From the NCBI RefSeq assembly GCF_006345805.1, contig NC_043011.1:11284001-11348000 (forward strand): a stretch of 64,000 bases of DNA, in the 5' to 3' direction. Of this stretch, positions 37,501 through 50,514 are shown in pieces; position 1 is the first letter of the stretch, and each line of letters opens with the position of its first letter. The notes below the pieces were generated by a model that saw nothing but the letters and a program-made list of their open reading frames with translations, did not search any database and was not told the DNA's origin. This stretch comes from Octopus sinensis (taxonomy: Eukaryota). The translations under genes and the position numbers were made by a program.

Positions 37501-37919
37501 GATAAGATAACGCATGTAAGACTCAAAAGAGATCTAAGGAAGAATGTTACGATCGAGAAGGTGGATGACAATGACCTTTTTGTGTGCACAGTTTGTGGCA
37601 GACCATGCCTTTCTTTTGCTGGGATCAAATCTCATTTGCGAACACATGGAAAATGTATGCCAGGTTTGCAAATGTAACGGAAGCCTCAAAAGACATGCTA
37701 AGATCCAAAAATATCAGAATTTATCTGCAGCTCTTGGTGGTCCAAATTGGATATACAATCTATGTGGGTGCCTTTACAGAAAATTTTCTGGTCTAAGAAG
37801 CCACATGTCTTCTGGATCCATTCCAAGTGATATCATAGTAGTCCTTATGCCATGATGGTTCTAAGTTGTAGGTACAGGAGGTGGTCAAACTCTGCATAAG
37901 GAGTGCACAACTACTATGT

Positions 37920-37926
37920 GTGTGTA

Positions 37927-37987
<61 letters not shown>

Positions 37988-38122
37988 ATATATATATATA
38001 TACAATATATATACAATATATATATATATTATATACATATATATATAGATATATATATATATATATACATATATATTATATATATATATATATTATACAT
38101 ATATATATATATACATATTATA

Positions 38123-38163
<41 letters not shown>

Positions 38164-38276
38164 TAGTACATATATATATATATAATATACATATATATAT
38201 ATATATATACTATATATATATATATATATATATATCTATATATATATATATCTACATCTATATATATATATAATAC

Positions 38277-38327
<51 letters not shown>

Positions 38328-38395
38328 TATATATATATATATATAATATATATTATATATATATATATACATATATATTATATATATATATATAC

Positions 38396-38428
<33 letters not shown>

Positions 38429-38458
38429 CATAATATATATATATACATATACATATAT

Positions 38459-38509
<51 letters not shown>

Positions 38510-38539
38510 CATATATATATATTATATATATACATATAC

Positions 38540-38601
<62 letters not shown>

Positions 38602-38642
38602 AATATTATATACATATATATAATATATACATATATTATATA

Positions 38643-38679
<37 letters not shown>

Positions 38680-39066
38680 TATACATATATATATATTATA
38701 TATAATATATATATATATTATATATATATATATATATAATATACATATATATATATATATAATATATATATATACATATATATTATATATATACATATAT
38801 AATATATATACATATATATATATACATATATATATTACATATATATATATATACATTATATATATTATACATATATATATATAATATATATAAATACACA
38901 TATATATATATACATATATATATAATATATATATATATAAATACACATATATATATATATATAATATATAAATACACATATATATATATACATATATATA
39001 TATACATATATATATATATAATATATATATATACATATTATAATATATATAATATATATATATATA
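37920..39066. repeat. 1.15-kb complex (TA)n/(TACA) array
   Basis: Direct reading. Source of the spurious poly-IY ORFs. Confidence 0.95.
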
Positions 39067-40030
39067 CTAGCAGAGATACCCGGCGTTGCTCAGGATTAAA
39101 ATGGCATAGTTTGTGTATAATATATTACAATTATGTTGAAACAGGTGATATGGGAAAGTGCAGCATTGACAACAAAACATGTGTGGAGTAAATGATGGGC
39201 TAATTCGACTAAGCAACATCCTATGCGTCCGTTTGTAGTATTTCAGGCCTTAACCTGTCATGGAAAATTGGGGCGGGGGTGGTGGGTATCTGATTTTTGA
39301 ACGCACCGAAAAGCTGCCAGTGGATATACTCTCTTTTGCAGCAATCAGTGCTGTGTCTTACACGATCCAAAATCTGAAAATTTAACACCTCCTTTGGGTT
39401 TGTTGTCCTACATCATAAAGTAAATTTGGAGCAACTATGGTTGTTCATTTGTGGGTAACAGGGAACCAATGAGGTGATAGACTTGCCCTTCAACTTTGGC
39501 GTCGGCATAAATTCATGTTTATCTATCTTCTTAGATACACCAAACGATGTCATTTGAAATGCAGAGTTGTATTGTCTGATATTGTGCAGAAAATCCTCTG
39601 ACTGGATGGAAGTGCCTTGTAGAAGATCCATAAGAGGTTGAGAAGGAGCTGGTAGTGCTGGCAATATTACCTGACAGCCTGAGCAGCACATACCATTTGT
39701 TTCATTTGAAAATTTTAAAGCTCTACAGAAACGACAATTTGTGTTTAGCACACCAATTTGGACAGAATTATCATTTTTATAAGAATGGGGCGGATCATAT
39801 CTGAAAACAGCTTCAGGAGTTGTGAAGAACGAATTTGTACGAGAGCTATTCTGCATAATCATTAAAACATTGATTTAATGATCCAGCATTAAGTGCTGCA
39901 ACATGCATTTGTTGATCTTGAGAAAATCTCATCTCGCTTCTCTCTTCAGACTCTCGACTTCGGTTTTCTACAATCCTCCTTGCTTTATACTTGGTTCTGG
40001 AGAGATTACGTCTTTTCTTTGGTGGCATAT
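39067..40030 (-). mobile_element. Internally deleted Helitron with RepHel N-terminal coding remnant
   Basis: MPPKKRRN start, CRFC..CC cluster, YNSAFQMTSFG, then GQVYHLIGSLL after a frameshift. 3' gcaacgccggg...CTAG end at 39067. 5' end not located. Confidence 0.85.
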
Positions 40031-40370
40031 TTTTTTCAATATTTTAAACAAAAAATTATGAACATTATACAAGAAATTATACATTAATCCCTATTTTTGT
40101 AAATAGTTATATGTTTGTAAAATGTTTTTATTTTTGTATGCAGTATAAATTACAGTATAAATTAACCAAATAGAACGACACACCATTTCAAAATCTGTCT
40201 CAAATACAATCTCGTTCGTAAATATTTATAAGAAATATAAATTTATGCGAGAAATAACTCTTAGATCGACAACTCTTCTACTCTCTATGTTTCACCATCA
40301 TTCTATCTCTCTCTCTATTATTTACCACACTAAGGCAGAGAACTGCCAGAATCATTAGCACCCCGAAAAA

Positions 40371-40970
40371 GGACGAGCTGGCAGAAACGTTAGCGCGCCG
40401 GGCGAAATGCTTAGCGGTATTTCGTCTGCCGCTTACGTTCTGAGTTCAAATTCTGCCGAGGTCGACTTTGCCTTTCATCCTTTCGGGGTCGATTAAATAA
40501 GTACCAGTTACGCACTGGGGTCGATAAAATCGACTTAATCCGTTTGTCTGTCCTTGTTTGTCCCCTCTGTGTTTAGCCCCTTGTGGGTAATAAAGAAATA
40601 GGTATTTCGTCTGCCGCTTACGTTCTGAGTTCAAATTCTGCCGAGGTCGACTTTGCCTTTCATCCTTTCGGGGTCGATTAAATAAGTACCAGTTACGCAC
40701 TGGGGTCGATGTAATCGACCTAATCCGTTTGTCCGTCCTTGTTTGTCCCCTCTGTGTGTAGCCCCTTGTGGGTAGTAAAGAAATAGGTATTTCGTCTGCC
40801 GCTTACGTTCTGAATTCAAATTCCGCCGAGGTCGTCTTTGTATTTCATCCTTTCGGGGTCGATAAATTAAGTACTAGTTACTCACTGGGGTAGATGTAAT
40901 CGACTTAATCCGTTTGTCTGTTCTTGTTTGTCCCCTCTATGTTTAGCCCCTTGTGGGCAATAAAGTAATA
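40371..40970 (+). mobile_element. SINE family C, trimer
   Basis: Full unit plus 185-bp units at 40601 and 40786. Flanked by duplicated agaatcattagcac(c/g)ccgaa; nested in an older SINE. Confidence 0.85.
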
Positions 40971-41537
40971 AGAATCATTAGCACGCCGAACAAAATGCTC
41001 AGCAGCATTTTGTCTGTCTTCACGTTCTCAGTTCAAATTCCGCCACGGTCGACTGTGCCTTTAATCTTTTCGGAATACTGCAGACGATGTAATCGACTAG
41101 TCGCCTCCCCAGATTTCAGGCCTTTTATGATAGCTATCCCGTACATATCTTGTTTTCTGATTGGAAAAAAAAAATGATCAAACTTTAAAACCTCCGTAAG
41201 ACTTTTCTAAAAATTTTCGGGAATAAATGTTTTACAAACTCAAACCCAGTATGCATCATACTTAAAATTTTTCTTTTTAAATTTTCACAATATTAAAATG
41301 TCAAAATCTGAAAACAGGGATGTCTCTATTTGTCTATCACTTTCATTTTTCACCTTTCTCATGGTAACTTTTCCCCCTCTTTATACATTTTAACCTTCCA
41401 TTCTTTCTCTATAAAAGCATATAGCTCACGCTCAGTGTCAGTGTGTGTGTATGCATGAATTCTCATAGTATACTTTTCTGTTAATAAATGTATTTTTCTA
41501 CACACTCACACACACATATACCTTTTTATATTTACAG

Positions 41538-41887
41538 GCTGGTTCGACATTGGTTATAATTTCTTGGTTGGAGAAGATGGACGCGTTTATGTTGGCCGTA
41601 GCTGGAACAGAGAAGGTGCCCATACATTGCATTTCAACAGAGTTGCTATTGCTGTGTCTGTGATGGGAGACTTTATGCAAAGACTTCCTAACAATCTTGC
41701 CTTAGATGCGGTTAAAAACATTCTTGACTATGGAGTATGCTTGGGTAAAATTACTCCCAACTACAGACTATATGGTCACCGAGATGTGAGGGAAACATCC
41801 TGTCCTGGAGACAAATTCTACCAACTTATACAGACGTGGAAACATTACTCTCACACTAAACCATCTCCAAGTTCCATCATAGGCTGA
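41538..41887 (+). CDS. PGRP: PGRP exon 3 (terminal; amidase_2 domain C-terminal half)
   Basis: tttacag|GC acceptor, phase 1. (G)WFDIGYNFLVGEDGRVYVGRSW...GAHT...GHRDVRETSCPG...TGA. The spliced CDS is 591 nt (196 aa). Confidence 0.95.
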
Positions 41888-42006
41888 AGCATCGTATTAT
41901 TTGCTGTTTTTAGTATTTTTATTTTGTAAAATGACTTACAATGCTCCTAAATGTTATAAATTTCAGTTCCGCAAGTCAAAACTAAAGATGGCCAAATATT
42001 AATCAA

Positions 42007-42012
42007 AATAAA
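42007..42012 (+). terminator. Candidate PGRP polyadenylation signal
   Basis: First AATAAA, 120 bp after the stop; T-rich sequence follows. Confidence 0.55.
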
Positions 42013-42899
42013 CCTGTTGGGTTCCTTTCTTTCTCTCTTTCTCTCTCTCTCTCTTTATCTATTTATTTATTTATTTCCCTGTATTTGGCATTCTTTCGGC
42101 TTTAACAGCAGAAGGAGGAAATGTATTGAAAAGTGAAGTAACTCAGTAACAGAACAATATGATTTGATTTGGCGGGCTGCTTGCGTCCCGCAGGCCACCT
42201 TCTTTTTAATTGTTTCAGTCATTAGACACTGGTCATGCTGGAGCACCCGCCATGATGAATTTTAGTCGAATGTATCGAACACGGTAATTTATTTTTTGCG
42301 AAGCATTTTGAGTTTCTCCACGGAGAAAAATACGAAAATTATATTCCGAAAAGATGTTTTTCCAAAATTTTAATTTAAAAAAACAAAAAAACAAGAGAAA
42401 TTATACCCCACCCCCAAACACGTCCACACAGATATTTCGGATGTTTTTCAACTCGTTCGCGCATATTCGAAATAGCCAAATCACTTGATTGCTTTTTCTT
42501 AATTATACAAGGCAGTGCACCAGCATGGCCACAGTCTAATGACTGAAACAAAAAGAAAAAGAATTTTGAACTTTGCGAGTTTATATGGAGCAGAATATAC
42601 AAGAAATATAATTCATTTGACATGAAAACGAAATTAAACAAAAAAAAAAATTTTAAGGAAATTAACCAACAAATTTTATCCTTCTACTGCAAAAGCCCAA
42701 AGAAAAGATTGCCTTATTTTTAAATTTTTGATTAGATAATACACTATTTCCCTTCTCCGTTTCAAGTTTACACCTCTTTAGCACTGCTAAGTGTATTCTA
42801 TACGAGGAATATCTTATGTATAGTTCTTTTACTGGTTTCAGCCGGAGACTGGGGTCATACTGGAGCACTGAATTTTAGTGTTTTGGGGTCTCCCTTCTG

Positions 42900-44330
42900 T
42901 CTCCCTTTTTGGTGAAGAAGCGATTTGGATGGAGCTGCTCTACTTTGTGCTTGATACTGTGATGTGGGTTCATCTCTCTGTAGCTCATCTGTTTCACCGA
43001 GTCAATCTTCTTTGTATAGTGGCGTCTCCAATTTGGCGTCTGTGACGACCACAGTTCGGAGTAAGCAAGGTATCCTTATTTCTGATTCTGAATGATCTAA
43101 GGAGCCATGCACAGTATTCGCATCATAGGCAAATAGAATGTTGCATCATAACTCATATGTATTCCCAGATCACGCATTGATTCTAACTCTGGGAATACAC
43201 TCCCACTTGGTCCTATGTATTCTGATTGTAGTCTGTTTGCGGACCGAAAGCTTGAAACTTATCAGCATTGAACTGCATGTTATTTTCATCAGCACATTTT
43301 GTAGTTTTAGCATGTATTATCAGCGTAGCTGATGACAGTGTCTGACCGTACGACAGAGGGTACGTCTGAGAGTCACTACAAACAGAACTCTACTGCGGAT
43401 TGATGTCTTCCCAGAGAAAGTGCAATTCGCTGTAATTTCCTGACTTCCGTCTTTTACGTAGATTGTGACATATCCTATCCACTTTTGAGTGGTAGAGCTG
43501 TTTCAGTATCCAATTGTAGTGCAGTAGTAGCTGTGCGAGGCAATGTCGTGTGTTTGTGAGCAAGTTATTCTCTCCCAAAAATGTGATTGTCTCCTGATGA
43601 TGCGTTCCCTGACCTTCGAGAGATAGTCCTCTAATTTTGGCATCTGCTTCCTCTGTTATGAACAGGGCATATGATACTCTCCGGTTTAAATTTAATGTAT
43701 TATTGATGAATTTTTAAAGTTTCATATAGAGAGACATTTAAACCACTTTTGAAGGATAATCTGGATAAAGTGAGGGTGCCGTCTTTGCGGAATACGTCAT
43801 TGGTTGGTTTTGGACCACACATCGTCCGTTTTATCCTGTTGTAGTCAGAGAAGATTGTCGATGTTATCTTCCCGTTGTAGATAAGACATATATTGTTGGT
43901 GAAACAGAGGTGTAATATGTCACCATTCTTGGTTGAGGAGAGTATTGTTTGCTCGTTGAACTGCAAGTTCGTGAGATTCTGCTTAGTTATGCGCTTTGCA
44001 TGACATTCCTGACGTTACGTAGCCTTCGGGCCATCTCCTGTTGGGAAAGCTGAAGTCACACATCACAAGAATATAAATGCTTTGATCCATTGTAAGGCTT
44101 TCCTCAATTTTGCCATCATGATTTCAGGCAACATCTGGGAGACACAAATTGCTTTAAATGTTATTACGAGTTTGTCACACACCGAATTTGAGTGTGACAA
44201 CGGGGTTAGTGGTATAACATCTTCACAGTTGTACAATGTAACTCCACCATGACTTCTCTCCATTTTCTTCGCACATAACAAGGCATACATTGGTATGTGT
44301 ATGTCTGCGTCATTTATATCTGCAGAATGA
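42900..44330 (-). mobile_element. Heavily decayed CR1-like LINE
   Basis: Endonuclease-like TKNGDILHLCFTNN and C-terminal RHYTKKIDSVKQMSYRE fragments. Confidence 0.6.
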
Positions 44331-44356
44331 TGTCTTTCTAAGGGCAACACATATCA

Positions 44357-44630
<274 letters not shown>

Positions 44631-45084
44631 AGTGTCCCAACATCGCTTGACAATCGATCGTGGTGTGTTTACGTCCCCGTAACATAGCGGTTCGGCAAAA
44701 AGAGCCCGATAGAATAAGTACTAGGCTTACAAAGAATAATTGCTAGGGTCGATTTGCTCGGCTAAAGGCGGTGCTCCAGCATGGCCACAGTCAAATGACT
44801 GAAACAAGTAAAAGAGTATACATATATGACGACTGGCATGCTTGTATGTATGTCTCTTACTATATGTATGTGGCTGTATTTGAGAGTGTATGTGTGATAA
44901 CTTTTATTTACCTTTGGATTAAAACATCAACACATACTTATACATATGTGACGACTGAAAAAAACAAGTGAGGTGAAAAGCTATGTATGTCAGTGTGTGT
45001 CTGTCTTACTATATGTATCTGAGTGTCGTCACATTTTGTATGTGAATGTGTGTGTCTGTGAGTGTGTGTGTGTGGATCAGTTTA

Positions 45085-48000
45085 TGTTTGTTATTCTACA
45101 GTGACATGTCCGATTAAACTGAGAGCAACGAAGAGAGCTCCGACGAAGATGAGCTCGTCTAGGATTTTGCTAACGTTCCTTGAGCTGTCTCCGCTTTTCT
45201 TCGCGAAGTCTAGTCCGCTCATCCTCAAAATGCTGCGTACCAGTTTTGACCCTACCCCTCCAGGTAGTACGGTCTGTGCCGAGTGTTTCAAGTTCTGCAG
45301 AGGGGATGCTGCAGAGCTTCAGGTATTTCTTGAGATGATCTTTATATCGCTTCCTTGGACTTCCGTGTGGTTGGTTACCTCTGCTAACACCCCAAAAAGG
45401 ACAATCTTGGGTACGGTTTTCCGGCATCCTGATGACGTGCCCCACCCAGAGCAGTTGACATTCGAGGATCATGCATTTGATGCTGGTCAATTTCGCTCGT
45501 CTCAGGATCTCCGTATGTGGGATCTTGTCCTTCCAGGTCAGGTAAAGAATGCGCTGGAGGCAGCGGATATGAAAGGATTCGGTGATAAAGTGTCCAGGTT
45601 TCTGAGGTATACAGAAGCATGGAAACCACAACAGCATGATAAACCTCGATTTTTGTGGAGAGATTCATATCTCTATTCTTGAGACATCCAAAAGCGGAGG
45701 AGGCAAGATGGATGCGATTCTGAAATGAGATGATGCGACCCAAATAGGTGAATTTCTCGGTATTTTTTAGCTGGTTGTCTTGGATCGAACATTTTTGGAG
45801 TGTTGAAGGATCTCTGCTTTTTTGGTATTGACCTGGAGTCCAGCCCGACGATAGACGTTGCACACAACGTCTAGGTTCTGCTGAAGGCTGGCTGGTTCGT
45901 GGGCGAGAGCTTCGCAGTCATCGGCACACTGTAATTCAAAGAGAGTGGTAGACTGAGTCATTGTTAGTGATTTTAGTCTCCTCAAGTTAAAGAGACTGCC
46001 ATCGTGGCGATATCGAATTAGGATGCCATCTTCGGGGTTGAGGTCGTAGCGAGATAGTAAGGTCACAGCCACAAGGAACACATTGAAGAGGACAGGGGCC
46101 AGGACACAGCCTTGTTTAACACCTACTTGAACGTTGAAGTACTCAGACTGATCACCACCCAATGTCACACGTGCTTGCTTGCCGGTATGGAACTGGCGTA
46201 GCATGGCAAGAAGCTTAGGAGGGCATCCATACCTTTGCTGGACATTCCATAGTAGTGGGCAGCTAATAGTATCAAAAGCCTTAGTTAGGTCAATAAAGGC
46301 AAACTTCTCTAACAGGAGGCGGGAGACGAAGACCATGTCGATAGTGTTACGGTTAGCTCTAAAACTGCATTGAGATTCTGGGAGGTTTCCTTCAACGAAG
46401 TGGCTAAGAAGTCGAGAGAGCAAGACGCGTGCCAAGACCTTTCCGGCAACATTCAGGAGTGAAATGCCTCCGCTGTTGTTGCAGTCTGAGCGATCTCACT
46501 TCTTGAAGATGGTGATTATGTCTGCATGTTTCCAGCGATGACTGATCAAGACACTTTTCCAGCAGTAGAGAATAATCTGATGAAGACGCTGGACAAGAGG
46601 ACCACCATATCTATAGATCTCATCCGACACACCATCTGATCCAGGTGATTTCCTGTTTTTGAAGTAGGAGACAGCTGTACGGATTTTCACGAGGGAGAGC
46701 TCCGTATCCAGCTCAGGGAGGGGCGGAAGATGAGGGAGCTCATCAATCAGTAAGGTGTCTGTAGGATTTATCTTGTTCAACAAGGAGTTGAAATGTTCTG
46801 CCCATCTGTCACGGATCTGGGTCTCTTCTTTGTTGAGAGTGTTGCCGTCTGAAGATCGTATCGGATTGATATGATTGAAGGACGGACCGTACATGGATTT
46901 GGATGCAGTGTAGAACTCGTGGATCATATTTTCATCCGCAAAATGTTGAATTTCTGCAGCTTTGTTCTTCCACCAAGTGTTTTGAATCCACCTATGTCTG
47001 CTCTGGCATTCTGAGCGAAGATCTTTCCAGTTCAGGAGGTGTGCGTTGGACCTGCTCGAGAGGTAGGCATCATGAGCTCGGTTTTTACTTCAGGGAAAAG
47101 GGAGGATCTCATCAGCAGATTCATCAAACCAGTCAGGATTGTGATGTCTAGTGTATCCTAGTTGTTTGGTTGTGACCGAGGAGATCAGGGAGATATGTTT
47201 GCCCCATATATCATCTTGCTTCTCTTGTTTTACCGAGGTAGGGTTGGGGAGTAGGAGAGTATCCAATTTGATGGCAAGCTGATCTTGAAAGAGGTCACGA
47301 TTCTCAGGATCATACAGTTTCGTGGTGTTCAGTAGTTTTGATGCTGTCGACTTTCGGTTAGGGGGTCGAATATTGATTCTAAGCTTGGAGCGTATAAGGT
47401 TGTGGTCCGTCCAGCAATTGTATCTCTCCACGCATTGTATGAGTATGGAGGACATCGCCCATGTATTGACGACGGACAATGCTGTAGTCTAGGAGATGCT
47501 GCTTTTTGGAACGCGGATGCATCCATGATGTCTTGTAAGTGTCTCTCTGTCGAAAGAGGGTGTTAGTGATGCACAGGTCATACTCGGAGCAGAAGGTGAG
47601 TAGTCTCTGTCCATTAGCATTCATTTTCCCTGTGCCGTGAGGATCGAGGATCCCTTGCCAGGCGGTATTGTCATATTCAACACGGGAGTTGAAGCTACCC
47701 ATGAGTACGATCTTGTCCAATTGAGAGATATTCCGAAACGCAGTATGCAGAGAATCATAGAAGGCGTCTTTTATCTCTTCATCAGAGTCGAGAGTTGGTC
47801 TATAAACGCTGAGAATTGTCAGAAAACGTTCGTTCGAAAGTGGGATTTTGATTGTCATCAGACGCTCGCTGATTCAGGAGGGTACTCCAGGAATGTTCTG
47901 CGATAGGATGTTCTTGATTGCGAAACCAACCCCATACAAACGGGGCATCCCAGAGGGATATCCTTTCCAGAAGGTGTATCCACCAGCTTCTTCAGTGAGG

Positions 48001-48520
48001 GAATCCTCATCGGAGAAACGAATCTCACTGAGTGCAGCAATATCGACGCTGTAGCGCTTGAGTTCGTTGGCTACGATAGCAGTACGTCGCAGGGGTCGTC
48101 GAGTGTCCGGCTCATCATATGAAATGTCATCGAGGAGGGTGCGAACATTCCAACATGCAAGGATGAGGTTCGAGGGTTTCTTTTTCTTTTTCAATTTTGA
48201 TGATTGGTTTCGACCGCATGTTTGGGGATGACTCACTGGGAGCGGTTACCCAGTCGAGCAAGTGAGGACGAGCTTTTTCTGATCCACATTTTCTAGACCC
48301 TTCCCCATGTGGGGCAGGCAGTGCTATCCCTGAAAAGGGTTGCCGGACGCACAAGCAGGACCGAGGTGCATCTTCGTCCACGGGTCCATCCAAAAACGAC
48401 CATCTTACTTATGCCGCCTACATGCAGGACTCCAACTAGAGGCTTCCAACTACACCCTAGTCTACCCCTGTCGCCAGATGATCCCATCGCCGCAGGACTT
48501 GCAGAGAGGATGAAAGGGAA
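45085..48520 (-). mobile_element. Near full-length RTE LINE (APE endonuclease and RT), frameshifted
   Basis: LILACWNVRTL, WMHPRSK, FIDLTKAFD, QGCVLAP, CADD and LLWVGHVIRM motifs across several frames; 5' UTR-like region to ~48520. Confidence 0.9.
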
Positions 48521-48643
48521 TGAAGGATGAAAGGCAAAGCTTGTGCTGTGAAAAGTTTAAGGTGCCGGAGAGGATGCACAGTTTTCAGCTGCACGCATTT
48601 GACAGAAGGTGAGGTGGTTCAATGGCAAGAAGAGTCTCGAGAC

Positions 48644-48869
48644 AGCGAGCTGGCAGAAACGATAGCACGCCGGAAGAAATGCTTAGCGGTATTTCGTCTG
48701 CCGCTACGTTCTGAGTTCAAATTCCGCCGAGGTCGACTTTGCCTTTCATCCTTTCGGGGTCGATAAATTAAGTACCAGTTACGCACTGGGATCGATGTAA
48801 TCGACTTAATCCGTTTGTCTGTCCTTGTTTGCCCCTCTGTGTGTAGCCCTTGTGGACAGCAAAGAAATA
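48644..48869 (+). mobile_element. SINE family C, monomer
   Basis: 16-bp TSD AGAAGAGTCTCGAGAC. Confidence 0.9.
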
Positions 48870-49020
48870 AGAAGAGTCTCGAGACGATTGACCCATGTCT
48901 TTTGCTGCAACGAGTTGCCGAAGTTGGTGGATAAGATCCTATGCTCCGCCTTCGGCCAGCCCGTCTGGTCCAGTTCGCAGGCTTCCTGCGGCAAGCTGCC
49001 GGAACTCCAGTTAAATTATA

Positions 49021-49058
49021 TCTTTCTGTTGAAGAGCGTAGGCTCGAAACGTTAAAGA
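49021..49058 (+). ncRNA. Minimal type I hammerhead-like motif with variant core CUGUUGA
   Basis: TCTTT-CTGTTGA-A-GAGC-GTAG-GCTC-GAAAC-GTT-AAAGA: 5-bp stem I, 4-bp stem II, palindromic AACGTT. Confidence 0.6.
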
Positions 49059-49155
49059 CTTGTTTTATTTATATTTCCTGAGCGCCATAATAATACAATT
49101 GTTCGTTTGTTTTCCACCTGCCTTCGTCTTTTGTTTATTTTCATAAAGCTTCCCG

Positions 49156-49217
<62 letters not shown>

Positions 49218-49654
49218 TTTTATCACCAACAGTGGACGATATTTACTCTATTCATAATATGTTTAATTTTAGCACCAACTGTAATCGATATTGATTTAAT
49301 TCATAATTACTTTATTTTTAGCTCAAACAGAGGTGGATTTTCACTCTATTCATAATTTATTTTTAGCTCCAACAGTGGTCGGCTTTATCTTTAGTTCTAT
49401 TCATAATTTGTTTATTTTTAGCTCAAACACTGGTCGATGTTCAATCCATTCATTTCTTTATATTTAGCAGCAACAGTGGACGATTTTCAATTTTCATTTC
49501 TTTGTTTTGCTCCGTGGTGAGTTTTCAATTGAATTTAAACTTAATTGAAATTCGAATTTAATTGTAGCCATGAAACGGACGTGGTATTTTTACTTACATA
49601 TTGATCGTTCATTTTTATACTTTCGAGATCTAGTTATAAGTTATATGTTTTATA

Positions 49655-49702
<48 letters not shown>

Positions 49703-49844
49703 TTATTATTATTATATATATATATATTATATATATATATATATATATTATTATTATTGTTATCATTATTGTTATCATTATTATTATTGTTATTGTTATT
49801 ATTATTATTGTTATTCTTGTTATTAATATTATTATTATTATTAT

Positions 49845-50437
49845 TTAGTTGTTTTATTTTTATAGCATGCTTTTACTTCACTACCGAGCACAGCTCTGTG
49901 TGCCTTAGGTATGTACTGTGATTTGTTGTGATGCTCGGATGGTTATTGTATTGAAAGTGTTCTGCGTAGGATGTGTGCAATGCCTAGTAGTGCAATTTTC
50001 TGTATGTTATATGTGTTTGTAAGTCCTGGTGTTTTTGTTATGTATTTGTCTGAATATTTTTTTATCATGCCTAATGCACCTCCGATGATAGGAATTGTTT
50101 CTGTTTTTAGATTCCACATTCTACTTACCTCTAATTCCAGGTCTTTGTATTTTGAAAGTTTCTCCATTTCTTTTAGAGACACGTTGTCATCTGCTGATAT
50201 TGATACATCAATTAGAAAGCATTTTTTCTTCATGATCTCTGACAACTATATATGGTCTGTTGGCCTTATTCCATAATGTTGGCATAGCTTCCAGTGTATG
50301 TAGGTCCCAACTCTGTCGTGTCTGTGAATATATTCCTTCTTAGCCAGGACTGGGCAGCCAGAGATAATATGATTTATTGTTTTTTGTCCATCACTACATA
50401 TTCTGCAGTTACTTGTTATATTTCTTTTCATTATATG

Positions 50438-50441
<4 letters not shown>
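49845..50441 (-). mobile_element. 5'-truncated R4/Dong-like element in (TAA)n
   Basis: Second copy of the 3' end of 50511-53688, with a ~115-bp internal deletion. ATT arrays on both sides. Confidence 0.85.

Positions 50442-50510
<69 letters not shown>

Positions 50511-50514
<4 letters not shown>

Noticed and set aside
37793-39036. Many long ORFs (poly-IY/YI), also at 18252, 44290-44687 and 54863-55659
   Set aside because: Translations of TA, TATG and TG microsatellites; no coding signal.
40371-40970. CRISPR-like or satellite array
   Set aside because: Units are contiguous SINE bodies without unique spacers, in a eukaryotic context.
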